Origin: Candidatus Parcubacteria bacterium
Lineage (GTDB): Bacteria; Patescibacteriota; Minisyncoccia; Phycocordibacterales; UBA5272
Length of the DNA: 64,000 nt
Reading direction: 5' to 3'
NCBI GenBank assembly: GCA_039796775.1
Contig: JBDKJD010000004.1
Location: forward strand, 6,103 to 70,102
The notes beneath the pieces were generated by a model. It worked only from the letters and a program-made list of their open reading frames with translations, was not told where the DNA came from and ran no database searches. The position numbers were made by a program, and so were the translations under genes. Positions 18,893 to 28,065 of this stretch are shown here, one piece after another (the stretch's first letter is position 1; each line of letters opens with the position of its first letter).

Positions 18893-20518
18893 TTAATCTG
18901 CAAGAAGGGAAAGTTTGGCCTGAGTTGCCATCTCTCCAGCAAGCCGAGTGAGTTCAGCATCCTCCTTTGTGTCCACGAACCTCATTGCTGCCGCAATCCT
19001 CGGATATACCGAAGCGAACTTCTCATGCATTGTGAGAGTTACCCTGCGGTAACCAGGATGGCCTTCTGGCATGCTCCTGATTTCGTGAAGGTGGAAAGAT
19101 TCACGCGTGTTAACCGCTTCACGCCACCGCATACGGTGCCCGAGCAGGGTGGTGTACTGCGACTCCTGTTCGAACCCTTGCCTTTTAACTTCACCATACA
19201 ACTTTTCCGCGATATCGAACGCCTCAACGAACGGCTTTTCTAGTCCGGCCTCAATCACAACAGGCGGAATCTCGTAGCCGAGGAACGGCGTAAGATCCTG
19301 CCAGTCCATGCCGTCTACTGGGCGATGGCGCTGTAGGTCACGAAAAATCCCATAGTCCGTCACGTTTTCCCACTTGGTTTGTAGGAATTCGAACGAACGT
19401 CCTGGGCGATGGCGCCGGTTGTACCGGGTTCCAATTCCTGCTTGAAGGACTCTCACGAGTTGCTCCTGACTGAGGTTTTGGGCTTGCCGCATGACACTTT
19501 CGTAGCTTTGATCAGAACCTGTCCACAACAAGTCCGCGACAACAGACATCTCATCCTGAGGCCAGTGATTAACCAGGTTGACTTCGACACCAGGGGCAAT
19601 GATCTCTTCCGGAGATAGGTATTCCTTAGCAAGGACACGAACATCCTGCCGGATTTGTCGACGATAATTGATTGCTGCGCCACCGCGTTCAGGGATATCC
19701 GTGCGCTCAAAAAACTGAGGAGCTATGACACGAACTTGTTGGAGAAGCTTCTTCCCGAGCTCGTTGGCTTCCAGGAGATCAAGCGACGCAAGTCGCATGA
19801 TGAGATAGTCAAACGACTGCGCATTGCCGACAATGCCGACTGTCGAAGTCGTCGCAACAGGAAGCATGTTACGTGCCGCATCACATGCTTGGGCGCGGGT
19901 GGCACCCATCCATGCGACTCTTTCCCTTTTTTCTTCTGAAGGATCCGACAAAGAAAAGGGTGACTTCTTTCTGATGTACCCCGAAAGCTCCCGCACCACT
20001 TCTGAGTAGAGTGCGAAAATGCGGTCCATATCCGTGCGATACCTGTTGAGAAGCGTTTCTGGAAAATTCATCGGCACATAGTACCGATACACCAGCTTGC
20101 CGTCCTTGTCGTAAACCTGCACATCAAAGTAGATGTAACGGGTCGACTGTTCAAGGTAGGCAGCGAACCGCCCCCTTTCCAGGAACTTGGTCATGATGTT
20201 AGAGCATTGTTCGACGACGACCGAAAGCGGCATGAGCTGCTGCACCGAGTCGTCACCGTAGCCTGTAATCACACGCTTGAAGAGCCCGTTCAAGACATCA
20301 CCAGATTTACCGGCGAACTCTTTCAGGATCACCATCCGCATGTCGTCCCCCGTGCGGGAGAGACGAGCCATGGCGCCGGCGATCATCAAGGGTTCGGCTT
20401 CGCGAGAGAAGGCATACACCTACCCTTGCGGATCAGTCGTGATCTTGGCCAGATAATTCAAGCCAAATTCGGTAGGAACAGCAATGCTGCCCTCCATGCG
20501 AAAATACTCTTGTTCCAT
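18893..20518 (-). CDS. thyX: ThyX (Thy1, flavin-dependent thymidylate synthase)-like protein with two tandem ThyX-like domains; GC-rich; interrupted by one in-frame TAG (20420-20422)
   Basis: ATG 20518 with GAAAGGAAAT RBS; MEQEYFRMEGSIAVPTEFGLNYLAKITTDPQG-TAG-VYAFSREAEPLMIAGAMARLS..; ARNMLPVATTST...N.QSFDYLIMRL and second-half RHRPVDG / RMRWREAVNTRESFHLHEIRS resemble ThyX motifs; ~50 % GC vs ~36 % flanks. Confidence 0.55.
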
Positions 20519-20602
20519 TTTTATTTCCTTTCGAGAATTGTAACAGGTTGATGAAAAAACTACCCTACTACATCCTACAGGTTTTATTCTTTAAAAGCAA
20601 AA

Positions 20603-21022
20603 CTACTTTCCCGTACTCCCAAACCCCCCTTCCCCACGGAGAGAGTCTGATAATTCAGTTACTTCTTCAATATCTGGGAACTCTACTTTTTGAATAATCA
20701 TCTGTGCAACTTTGTGACCATGGGAGAATGTATATGCTTCATCTGAGAGATTGTGTATCATTATTTTTATATCTCCTCTATATCCTGCGTCAATTACTCC
20801 ACCTAGTGTCTTAATACTTTTAGCACCAATTGATGACTTGTCCCAGATAAGACCAACACACCCCTCTTCTATTTCACACGCGATTCCAGTTGGAACAAAA
20901 AGTGTCTCGTGAGGATTAATCGTATGTTCTCCATATGCATAAAAATCAATCCCAGCATCATCATGATGTGCACGAGTAGGTAACTTTGCTTCATCATAAA
21001 GACGTTTGATTTTAAGTTTCAT
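20603..21022 (-). CDS. dut: dUTP diphosphatase
   Basis: dUTPase motifs (AGIDFYA, GLIWDKSSIG, GVIDAGYRGDIKIMIHN, RGEGGFGSTGK). Confidence 0.9.
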   Translation of the reverse strand: MKLKIKRLYDEAKLPTRAHHDDAGIDFYAYGEHTINPHETLFVPTGIACEIEEGCVGLIWDKSSIGAKSIKTLGGVIDAGYRGDIKIMIHNLSDEAYTFSHGHKVAQMIIQKVEFPDIEEVTELSDSLRGEGGFGSTGK

Positions 21023-21090
21023 AGTAGAAGTATAACAAAAAGAAAAAAGACTGGGCGTAGAGCTCAGTCTTTATTAACGTAACTACAGTA

Positions 21091-22203
21091 TTACCAGGAA
21101 GTAAACTGCTTTGGAAGCTGAGTTTTAGTCTGGCCACTGTAATTACCTAAAGCAGCATATGAAACTGTTTTAGAGCGCATAGTCTCATACTCAAAACGAG
21201 CAAGCGGTTTTTTGTGTCGCAAAAACTCATTCTGTGGAGCAAAAACTTCAAGTGTTGCTGTTCCGAAGAAACCAGGATCAAAGAATCCTGCGAAATGTGT
21301 GAAGAAAAAACCAAGACGAGTATCGAGCGCTTTCAATTCCGCTGTGTGCCCATCTGGAATCTTCAGCATTTCATTAGTAGATAGAAGATAGTACCTTCCT
21401 TTTTCGATACAGACAACACCGTCTGCTTCCCCACCCCCAAAGCGATCCGCATGCACTTCTTCGAAGTAATCACGAGGGTTGAGGTCACGATCAGCAAGAT
21501 TAAGTGGCTTTGCAGTATTCCTTGCTTTATACCCAACATGGGTCTCAGGCTCTGCACACAAGGTACAGAGCACAGAGCCATTATGAGTAAACAACGGTAG
21601 ATATTCTTGGTTGTACGCTTCTTGATTTTGACGACGATACAAGAGATCATTATTTTGAAGGACCTCTTCGAGATCTCGCGGTGTAAAACGAGTGTCGCCA
21701 TCAAAAACACGAAGTTGGTTGTAGCACTCCTTGTTGGTAAAAACAATTGGGTATGCAAGGGGTTGAAGCACAAGCCACAGTTCACCGGTATAACCACGAT
21801 GCCTCACATCAACAGAATCAAACATGTGGACACCATCAGCAAGAGACCGGACGAACAAGAAATTTCTACCAGAACTCGATTTTGCATTCAGATACCCATA
21901 CATTCCTGGAGAGAAGTTGATATCGACGCTTGCTTTGGCAAGATAGGTAGAACCAACCTCCATCACATCTCCGAGATTAATTCTCGAAGCGCCCATTTTT
22001 GGCAGAAGGTTGCGAATCGTTTCATTTTCAAGCTCACTTGGGGAAAGGAGGCGGTTCACACGATACGCTTCACCTGTTGTCGTGAGATCAACTGAAGCGG
22101 GACCGATATGATTTTCAGAAAAACCTGCAAGTGGTTTAATTCTTTTGTTAAGAACAAGATTTTTGAGATCGGTTTGACTAAAAACACCAATGGAGGAAGT
22201 CAT
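21091..22203 (-). CDS. dcd: 2'-deoxycytidine 5'-triphosphate deaminase (long tandem-domain DCD family)
   Basis: two dCTP-deaminase-like halves (SVDLTTTGEAYRV..; FFDPGFFGTATLEVFAPQNEF); ORF track extends to 22272 but first plausible start is MTSSIG. Confidence 0.6.
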   Translation of the reverse strand: MTSSIGVFSQTDLKNLVLNKRIKPLAGFSENHIGPASVDLTTTGEAYRVNRLLSPSELENETIRNLLPKMGASRINLGDVMEVGSTYLAKASVDINFSPGMYGYLNAKSSSGRNFLFVRSLADGVHMFDSVDVRHRGYTGELWLVLQPLAYPIVFTNKECYNQLRVFDGDTRFTPRDLEEVLQNNDLLYRRQNQEAYNQEYLPLFTHNGSVLCTLCAEPETHVGYKARNTAKPLNLADRDLNPRDYFEEVHADRFGGGEADGVVCIEKGRYYLLSTNEMLKIPDGHTAELKALDTRLGFFFTHFAGFFDPGFFGTATLEVFAPQNEFLRHKKPLARFEYETMRSKTVSYAALGNYSGQTKTQLPKQFTSW

Positions 22204-22264
22204 GACAAAATTCCTTGTAAAAAAACAACTCAACCGTAAAGGTTGTACAGTAATAACACTATCA

Positions 22265-22300
22265 TATAACAAAAAAATCTGCGAATGCAGATTTTTTTGT
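22265..22300. terminator. bidirectional hairpin AAAAAAATCTGC GAA TGCAGATTTTTTT
   Basis: perfect 12-bp stem flanked by A/T runs on both strands, between rplK and dcd. Confidence 0.6.
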
Positions 22301-22343
22301 TAATTCTCATACAAATAATGGGAGGGTTTTATATAGTTTTGAA

Positions 22344-22757
22344 TTATTTTACCTTAATACCAGCTGAACGTGCTGTACCTTCGATAATCTTCATCGCTTG
22401 TTCAACGGTGTTAGCAGTGAGGTCTTTCATCTTGATCTCTGCAATCTCTCTCACTTTTTCTTTTGTGATAGTTCCTGCATTACCTTTTGAATTACCTTTA
22501 GCCACGTTAGCTCCCTTCATAACAAGTGAAGTTGCAGTTGGGGTCTTGATAACGAAATCATATGTACGGTCTTCGTACACATAAATTTTCACTGACATTC
22601 TCCCCTGCTGACCAGCTGTAGCTGCGTTAAACTTGTTAACGAAGTCACCGATCTGTACACCTGCCTGGCCGAGAGCTGGACCAAGTGGAGGAGCAGGAGT
22701 AGCTTTCCCTGCTTCTATCTGAACTTTTACGTACTTTGTAATTTTCTTTGCTGCCAT
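22344..22757 (-). CDS. rplK: 50S ribosomal protein L11
   Basis: PAPPLGPALGQAGVQI.. L11 signature. Confidence 0.9.
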   Translation of the reverse strand: MAAKKITKYVKVQIEAGKATPAPPLGPALGQAGVQIGDFVNKFNAATAGQQGRMSVKIYVYEDRTYDFVIKTPTATSLVMKGANVAKGNSKGNAGTITKEKVREIAEIKMKDLTANTVEQAMKIIEGTARSAGIKVK

Positions 22758-22821
22758 AATAGTTTATATAATGTTTTGTAATGCTAACACATTTTTTCTA
22801 AAGTTTCAATATGATTCCAAC

Positions 22822-23367
22822 TTAGACTTTCTTAACCTGAAGAAAATCAAGCTCAACCGGAGTTTCTCTTCCGAACATGTTAACGAATACTTTTAATTTA
22901 CCTCTTGCTTTATCTACTTCTCCAACTTTTCCTTCAAAATCCTTGAAAGGTCCGTCTACAATACCCACAAGCTCCCCTATACCGATTTCGATATCATGAG
23001 TAGTCTCTTGTGTCTTCATGCGACCGAAGAGGAAGTCAATTTCATTTTGAGTAAGAGGAACTGGTGTTGTTCCTGCGCCAACGAATCCAGTCACTCGAGG
23101 GGTGTTACGTACAACATACCAACTGTTGTCATCTACAATCATATCTACGAGAACGTACCCTGGATACACCTTCTCTTCTACTTCTACTCTTTTGGTACCT
23201 TTTACTTTTATCTTTTTCTCTAGAGGGACAACAACGTCAAAGATCTTGTCTTGCATTTGAAGTGACTCAATACGTTGTTTGAGATTTCTTTGTACAGCAT
23301 TTTCATATCCACTGTAGGTATGAATAGCATACCAGTGACGCTCCCCTGTAAATTCTTGTTTGGCCAT
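22822..23367 (-). CDS. nusG: transcription termination/antitermination factor NusG
   Basis: NGN domain (HWYAIHTYSGYENAV) and KOW domain (GELVGIVDGPFKDFEGKV). Confidence 0.9.
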   Translation of the reverse strand: MAKQEFTGERHWYAIHTYSGYENAVQRNLKQRIESLQMQDKIFDVVVPLEKKIKVKGTKRVEVEEKVYPGYVLVDMIVDDNSWYVVRNTPRVTGFVGAGTTPVPLTQNEIDFLFGRMKTQETTHDIEIGIGELVGIVDGPFKDFEGKVGEVDKARGKLKVFVNMFGRETPVELDFLQVKKV

Positions 23368-23413
23368 ATAGTTAAGATGAATTAAAGATTATTAGATAAG
23401 AATAAAGTGTTAA

Positions 23414-23593
23414 CTACGCTACCAATCGAGAGAGTAGCTCTTTGAACCCGATATCTGTCGCCCAAAGTAACACTGCAACAAGGAGTGAAATGACAATAAC
23501 AAGAATCGTATAGAGTACTGTTATCTGACGTGTAGGGAATACAACCTCCTTGAGTTCTTGTTTTGTTTCTTTTAAATACTGCAATAATTTCAT
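23414..23593 (-). CDS. secE: preprotein translocase subunit SecE
   Basis: MKLLQYLKETKQELKEVVFPTRQ + single TM; conserved secE-nusG-rplK order (ORF track start 23662 is probably too long). Confidence 0.75.
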   Translation of the reverse strand: MKLLQYLKETKQELKEVVFPTRQITVLYTILVIVISLLVAVLLWATDIGFKELLSRLVA

Positions 23594-23644
23594 AAATAAA
23601 TAGTTATTATAAATAGTGAACAGATTCGAACCCTTTATTCTAAA

Positions 23645-23665
23645 AAACACCCCGAGGGGCATTAC
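23645..23665 (-). terminator. short GC hairpin CCCC-GAG-GGGG followed by U6 on minus strand
   Basis: seen directly. Confidence 0.4.
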
Positions 23666-23700
23666 TTATACCTTATATAATACTTCCCTCAAAAGAAAAA

Positions 23701-23738
23701 GTCAAGCCCCTTTAGGGTGGCTCGACTTTTTATTACAG
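23701..23738. terminator. bidirectional hairpin GTCAAGCC..GGCTCGAC with T-runs on both sides
   Basis: seen directly. Confidence 0.45.
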
Positions 23739-23740
23739 AA

Positions 23741-23765
23741 AGTAGTTTTACTACTTTCTACGGAA
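23741..23765. other. perfect 8-bp inverted repeat GAAAGTAG-TTTTA-CTACTTTC
   Basis: seen directly. Confidence 0.4.
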
Positions 23766-23790
23766 GTCAGCACGATGGAGCTGCAATAAA

Positions 23791-23830
23791 GTCAAAGAAG
23801 GCGCCGTAAGGCGCCTTCTTTGACTTTATT
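23791..23830. terminator. perfect 15-bp hairpin GTCAAAGAAGGCGCC GTAA GGCGCCTTCTTTGAC followed by T-rich tract (terminator for 23855..24646 and plus-strand read-in)
   Basis: seen directly. Confidence 0.65.
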
Positions 23831-23854
23831 ATTTTTACCCCTTAACGCTTTTAA

Positions 23855-24646
23855 TTATTTCAAAACGTAAGTGATAGAAACATTAGACTTGATCACATTC
23901 TCACCTTGAGGGAGAGATACAGCTTCAGCTCTCATAGACCCTGCCATATCCATAGGCATAGGCATAGCTGCGCTTTTAGCATACATCATTGGCATATATC
24001 CACCATCACTATCGCTAAAGGATACGATAGCTCCAAGCGACACCCCAAGAGATGACGCCAACTCTTCTGCTTTTCTCTCTGCTTCTTTGATGGCTTTTTC
24101 TTTGGCTTCTGCTTTGTATTCTTCGATAGAGTCTACAGTGAAGTCTGGGCCTGAGATTTCTGTGATGTTAGCCTTCCCCACAAGACCCAAGACTTCACCT
24201 GCTTGATCAACCTTGCGAACCTTTACTGTAACTGATTGAGATACTTGATAGCCTGATATCTTTGGAGTATATGAAGGGCATACATATCCATTACATACAG
24301 GGTTCTCATATTCTGGATAAACATTATATGAATTAGTCTTAATATCTTTTTCTTCAACGGAGAGAACTTTGAGTTCACCGAGTGCTGCTTTTATTTTGCT
24401 CTCAACCATTTTTTGTGCCTCCGGTACGGTCTTTGCTTTTTCTCTTACTGTAAACATTACTGTTGCAACGTCTGGCTTAGTTGTCACTTCTGCCTCCCCT
24501 GTGACGGTGACTGTTGCCATCTGACCATTAGGATATTTCATCTCATTAAAAGAAGCTAAACCAAAAGCAAATGCGGCGAATGCGACTCCAAAAAGAGCTG
24601 CAGTCCCTGCAATCCACGTATATTTTTTGTAATTATTTAATTCCAT
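23855..24646 (-). CDS. SIMPL/DUF541-family periplasmic protein (membrane-anchored)
   Basis: N-terminal TM, ..ATVTVTGEAEVTTKPDVA..SQSVTVKVRKVDQAGEVL.. pattern typical of SIMPL family. Confidence 0.5.
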   Translation of the reverse strand: MELNNYKKYTWIAGTAALFGVAFAAFAFGLASFNEMKYPNGQMATVTVTGEAEVTTKPDVATVMFTVREKAKTVPEAQKMVESKIKAALGELKVLSVEEKDIKTNSYNVYPEYENPVCNGYVCPSYTPKISGYQVSQSVTVKVRKVDQAGEVLGLVGKANITEISGPDFTVDSIEEYKAEAKEKAIKEAERKAEELASSLGVSLGAIVSFSDSDGGYMPMMYAKSAAMPMPMDMAGSMRAEAVSLPQGENVIKSNVSITYVLK

Positions 24647-24663
24647 GATTCTAAAGTATTATT

Positions 24664-25764
24664 TTATAAACGACCAAGTGAATACATATAGCCGAGTAAT
24701 AAAAGTATAACAAACAGCATCACAGAGGCCAAAACACTCATCGAGTGATCCACTTTTGAAGGCGTCTCGTCTTCAGGAACTGCTTGATTGCTTGGGTTAT
24801 TAGATGTCGCAACATAGGTATCAATTACAGGAGTTGTGACCGTAGTTACGGGAGTTGGTGCTGGTGTTATGGTGAATAGAGATGTGCCTTTTTTCTCTGT
24901 GAGCATCACCTCCTCTTTGAAGTGTGCATCGACACTTTCTTGCTTTGTGTCTTCTCTTATTACTTCGTGAGTTTTATTTGTCACAAGAGTAGTATCCTCC
25001 ATTTCTTTTATCTGTTCTGGTGAATGCTCTTTGTGGAAAGTTGACTTATATTTAGCGAATGACCACACATGAGGAGAAGACTCGAAAGGAAGCAGGGGTA
25101 GATCTTCTGGAATTGCTACTTCTTTTTTAATACTAGGAATATCTTTTGTTTCTACAAGAGATGTTCTTTCTTCTCTATTGTTAGTATTCTCTAATGACAT
25201 CAGATTGCTCTTAACTTCTGACTGTATCTCCTTTTGCTCACCAATCTCTTTAATCGACTCAGATGTATTATTGTTTGATGAAATATTAATCTCTTCTTTT
25301 TTAATCTTAGGCAACTCAGCAACATCTGTCACAATATTTGATAGATCCCCCTCCTCCTCTCCATCTGCCCTAATAAAAGAAATTTTTTCTTCTCCTTTTG
25401 ACGCTACGATATTCGCTGATGTAACGTCTGGCGTCACAGAAGATTCCTCTATCTTCACTACAGTATCTGGTTGTGCTGATTCTGTAATAGTTGTAGAAGG
25501 CACCTCCAAAGAAGGATCTGTTAGGGGTATCTGTGTCTCGACTTTAGGTTCATTGATTCCTTGTTCTTGAAGAGATGTTTGAGGTGTAGTAGGCACACCA
25601 TTTGCAATAACAGATTGTCTGCCTTTGAATAACAATTCAGCTTCTTTGATATGCTTCTCATCCCAAAGGGACGCTGTGAGAATAGTTCTTAGCGTTTCTA
25701 TCGTCAATTCCTTGTGACGAGACATGAGCTCATCAAGTGATTGCTCTACGGTTGAGAGATTCAT
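24664..25764 (-). CDS. hypothetical tail-anchored membrane protein, acidic/Ser-Thr-rich
   Basis: 366-aa ORF with single C-terminal TM (MSVLASVMLFVILLLLGYMY). Confidence 0.4.
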   Translation of the reverse strand: MNLSTVEQSLDELMSRHKELTIETLRTILTASLWDEKHIKEAELLFKGRQSVIANGVPTTPQTSLQEQGINEPKVETQIPLTDPSLEVPSTTITESAQPDTVVKIEESSVTPDVTSANIVASKGEEKISFIRADGEEEGDLSNIVTDVAELPKIKKEEINISSNNNTSESIKEIGEQKEIQSEVKSNLMSLENTNNREERTSLVETKDIPSIKKEVAIPEDLPLLPFESSPHVWSFAKYKSTFHKEHSPEQIKEMEDTTLVTNKTHEVIREDTKQESVDAHFKEEVMLTEKKGTSLFTITPAPTPVTTVTTPVIDTYVATSNNPSNQAVPEDETPSKVDHSMSVLASVMLFVILLLLGYMYSLGRL

Positions 25765-25799
25765 GAACTAAGTATAGCAACTACTTGATACCTGTCTCC

Positions 25800-27794
25800 C
25801 TATCTTGACTGAAGACTATTAACAAGCGCTCGTATCTCTTGATTATTAGGATTTCTCTTTAAGAGTTCCGCAGCAAGCGGGACAGCCGCTTCTCTATTAC
25901 CCCCATCACGAAGTGATAGTGCCAAGAAGTATGCCACGTTCTCATTATTCTGATCTCGTTCGAGAGCTGCTCTTAGGGCGAGTATTGCGTTTTGATAATC
26001 ACGAGCTGCGTAGAAAAGGAGGCCTGCTTGTGTATAAGCAAGTGGATCATTAGGAGCGCTCTTAATCGCTTCAATAGCATAAGAGATCGCTTGTTCGATT
26101 TGATTATCACTAGCTGAAAGCTGACTCATGAGATAGAGCGCATCTGCAAAGTTCTGCTTCTTCTTAAGCGCTTCTCCTAACCACTCTTTGGCCACATCTC
26201 TTGTTCCTGCTGATGTTTCAAGGCGTGCTTGCATCAAGTATAGGAATGGATTATTTGGATAAAGATCAATCGCTTCCTTATAAGACTTCTTGGCATTTTC
26301 ATATCCTCCTATTCTGTCAAAAGGAATAGCGAGCTCATATGCACGTCCGAGAGAAACATAGTTCTGATAATTAGAAGGATTAAGGTTTCTCGCTTTGAGG
26401 GCTGCATCTACTGCTTCTTGAGATTTGATAAGATAAGCATTCTTGAGAGCTTCCTGATCCTCTGACGCTTGAGAGACAAGATTACGATTAGAGGTGATGG
26501 CGTATTCTACTTTTGCTCTATAGAACCCATCATACTCATATATTCCTGCTGCTTTTTTGATCAACGCTTCAGCTTGCTCAACAGTAGGAGCAGATTGAGC
26601 TTGTGCAAGGAGTGAAAACGCTCTTGCCTTCTCAACACTCACATATGCTTGCACGATGAACAATACAGCAAGTGGTACAAGAAGGAATCCTAGTTTTTTA
26701 TGAGGGTGAAATTCTGTAAGCTTTGCTTTAGCGATTCCTAAACCACAAATCACCATCCACATTACAAGCATTGAATACGACAACGGTACAAGAAGCGCCA
26801 TTCCCAAGAAATACAGCAAAGTGACAAACAAGAGACCCGATGTCTTATGTTCCATCCCCTCTTTGTGTTGGCGATAACTGATAAAGGTACTATAGATAGC
26901 CGCAAGCACAAACAAAAGAAATGAGAGCATTCCAAAAATACCAATGGTCACAAAGAGTGTAGACACAGTATCTGCTCCTTGCAAGAATTCATACCCGAAG
27001 AATTGAGAATTGATAACGTCTTGCGGTCGATACAATTGCCACGCTCGAGAGAAGTTACCAGGACCAACACCGAAGAGACCATCTTCAACAAGAACATTCT
27101 TACCTACCAGAAGGGTACTTTTGAGGTTTGGACGAATACTGTTTTCTGTTGAAATACTCACAGCCCAAGAAATGAAGAGTAGTCCAGTGATGAGCATGAA
27201 TGCTTTGTAACGTTTTTTAAGAGACCCTTTCGCTACATAAAAGAGTACAGCAACAGAGAAGAGCCCTATGTACGTAGCAAAAGACACTGATGAAGAGAAT
27301 GAAGAGAAGAGCCCTTTGGCAACAGTGAGTAATTGTCCACCAATCATAAGTGCTGTCACAAAAACAAGAGCAGATACTGAGAGAATAGCGAGAATAGCTA
27401 CTTTTAATTTTTGACGAATTAATTCAGGGAGCGCTCTTACTAAATACATAATCACAGGAAGTGTAAGGAGGGATGCTCCTGAATAATGATTCAAGCCGTC
27501 TCCGAACAGGAATATTTTTGGGGATGAGGAGAACAAAATAGAAGCAACAACTGAAAAAGCAAAAGCGAAATAGCCCAAGAATTCTAACTTCGAAACAGTA
27601 TGCCATGTTCTTGTAAGAAGAGCGTTAGCAACATACGCAGTTGAAGCGACCGCAACCACAATCATCATGAATACAAAATACGTCGTATCTGCAGGGAGAC
27701 TTGTTTTTGGAATAAAAAACAACGGCGAAGCAACCACGATGAGCACTGTTGCGTATTGATAAATTTTTGAAAGAGATGATAATAAAATATTCAT
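25800..27794 (-). CDS. O-antigen ligase/Wzy-like polytopic membrane domain fused to C-terminal TPR repeats
   Basis: ~10 TM helices N-terminally, then repeated AxxxY/TPR-like units (RAYEL.., YYRAKVEYAI, ALRAALERDQNN). Confidence 0.6.
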   Translation of the reverse strand: MNILLSSLSKIYQYATVLIVVASPLFFIPKTSLPADTTYFVFMMIVVAVASTAYVANALLTRTWHTVSKLEFLGYFAFAFSVVASILFSSSPKIFLFGDGLNHYSGASLLTLPVIMYLVRALPELIRQKLKVAILAILSVSALVFVTALMIGGQLLTVAKGLFSSFSSSVSFATYIGLFSVAVLFYVAKGSLKKRYKAFMLITGLLFISWAVSISTENSIRPNLKSTLLVGKNVLVEDGLFGVGPGNFSRAWQLYRPQDVINSQFFGYEFLQGADTVSTLFVTIGIFGMLSFLLFVLAAIYSTFISYRQHKEGMEHKTSGLLFVTLLYFLGMALLVPLSYSMLVMWMVICGLGIAKAKLTEFHPHKKLGFLLVPLAVLFIVQAYVSVEKARAFSLLAQAQSAPTVEQAEALIKKAAGIYEYDGFYRAKVEYAITSNRNLVSQASEDQEALKNAYLIKSQEAVDAALKARNLNPSNYQNYVSLGRAYELAIPFDRIGGYENAKKSYKEAIDLYPNNPFLYLMQARLETSAGTRDVAKEWLGEALKKKQNFADALYLMSQLSASDNQIEQAISYAIEAIKSAPNDPLAYTQAGLLFYAARDYQNAILALRAALERDQNNENVAYFLALSLRDGGNREAAVPLAAELLKRNPNNQEIRALVNSLQSR

Positions 27795-28065
27795 ACTAAA
27801 TTACTTTTGCTTTATATTGTTAATGATACAGTTTAGTATACTACTTTTAGTGCTAAATTAATGTGGAAACATCACAAAATAAAAAGCTAAAAGAGAGTAT
27901 ACTGAGACTGCGGTCAACATATGGAAACCATAAACAACAACCCCCTCTCTAACAATACACCGATTTCAGTCAAAAAATACATACGCCACTTCTATTTGGC
28001 TTGTATCATCATTTTATTATTCGTTGTGATTTTTGGAATTCTTTATATGAACGGAAAAAGTATTT

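Noticed and set aside
18061-20518. Genome-wide reassignment of TAG to a sense codon as explanation for the in-frame TAGs
   Set aside because: rpsF (stop at 4078-4080) and ndk (stop at 2380-2382) terminate on TAG at their conserved C-termini with more stops shortly after, so TAG is a genuine stop in this genome. Any read-through would have to be local or context-dependent.
23590-23700. Possible tRNA upstream of secE (GATTCGAACCC T-loop-like motif)
   Set aside because: Could not fold a cloverleaf: no complementary T-stem or acceptor stem. The GC hairpin plus U6 fits a terminator instead.
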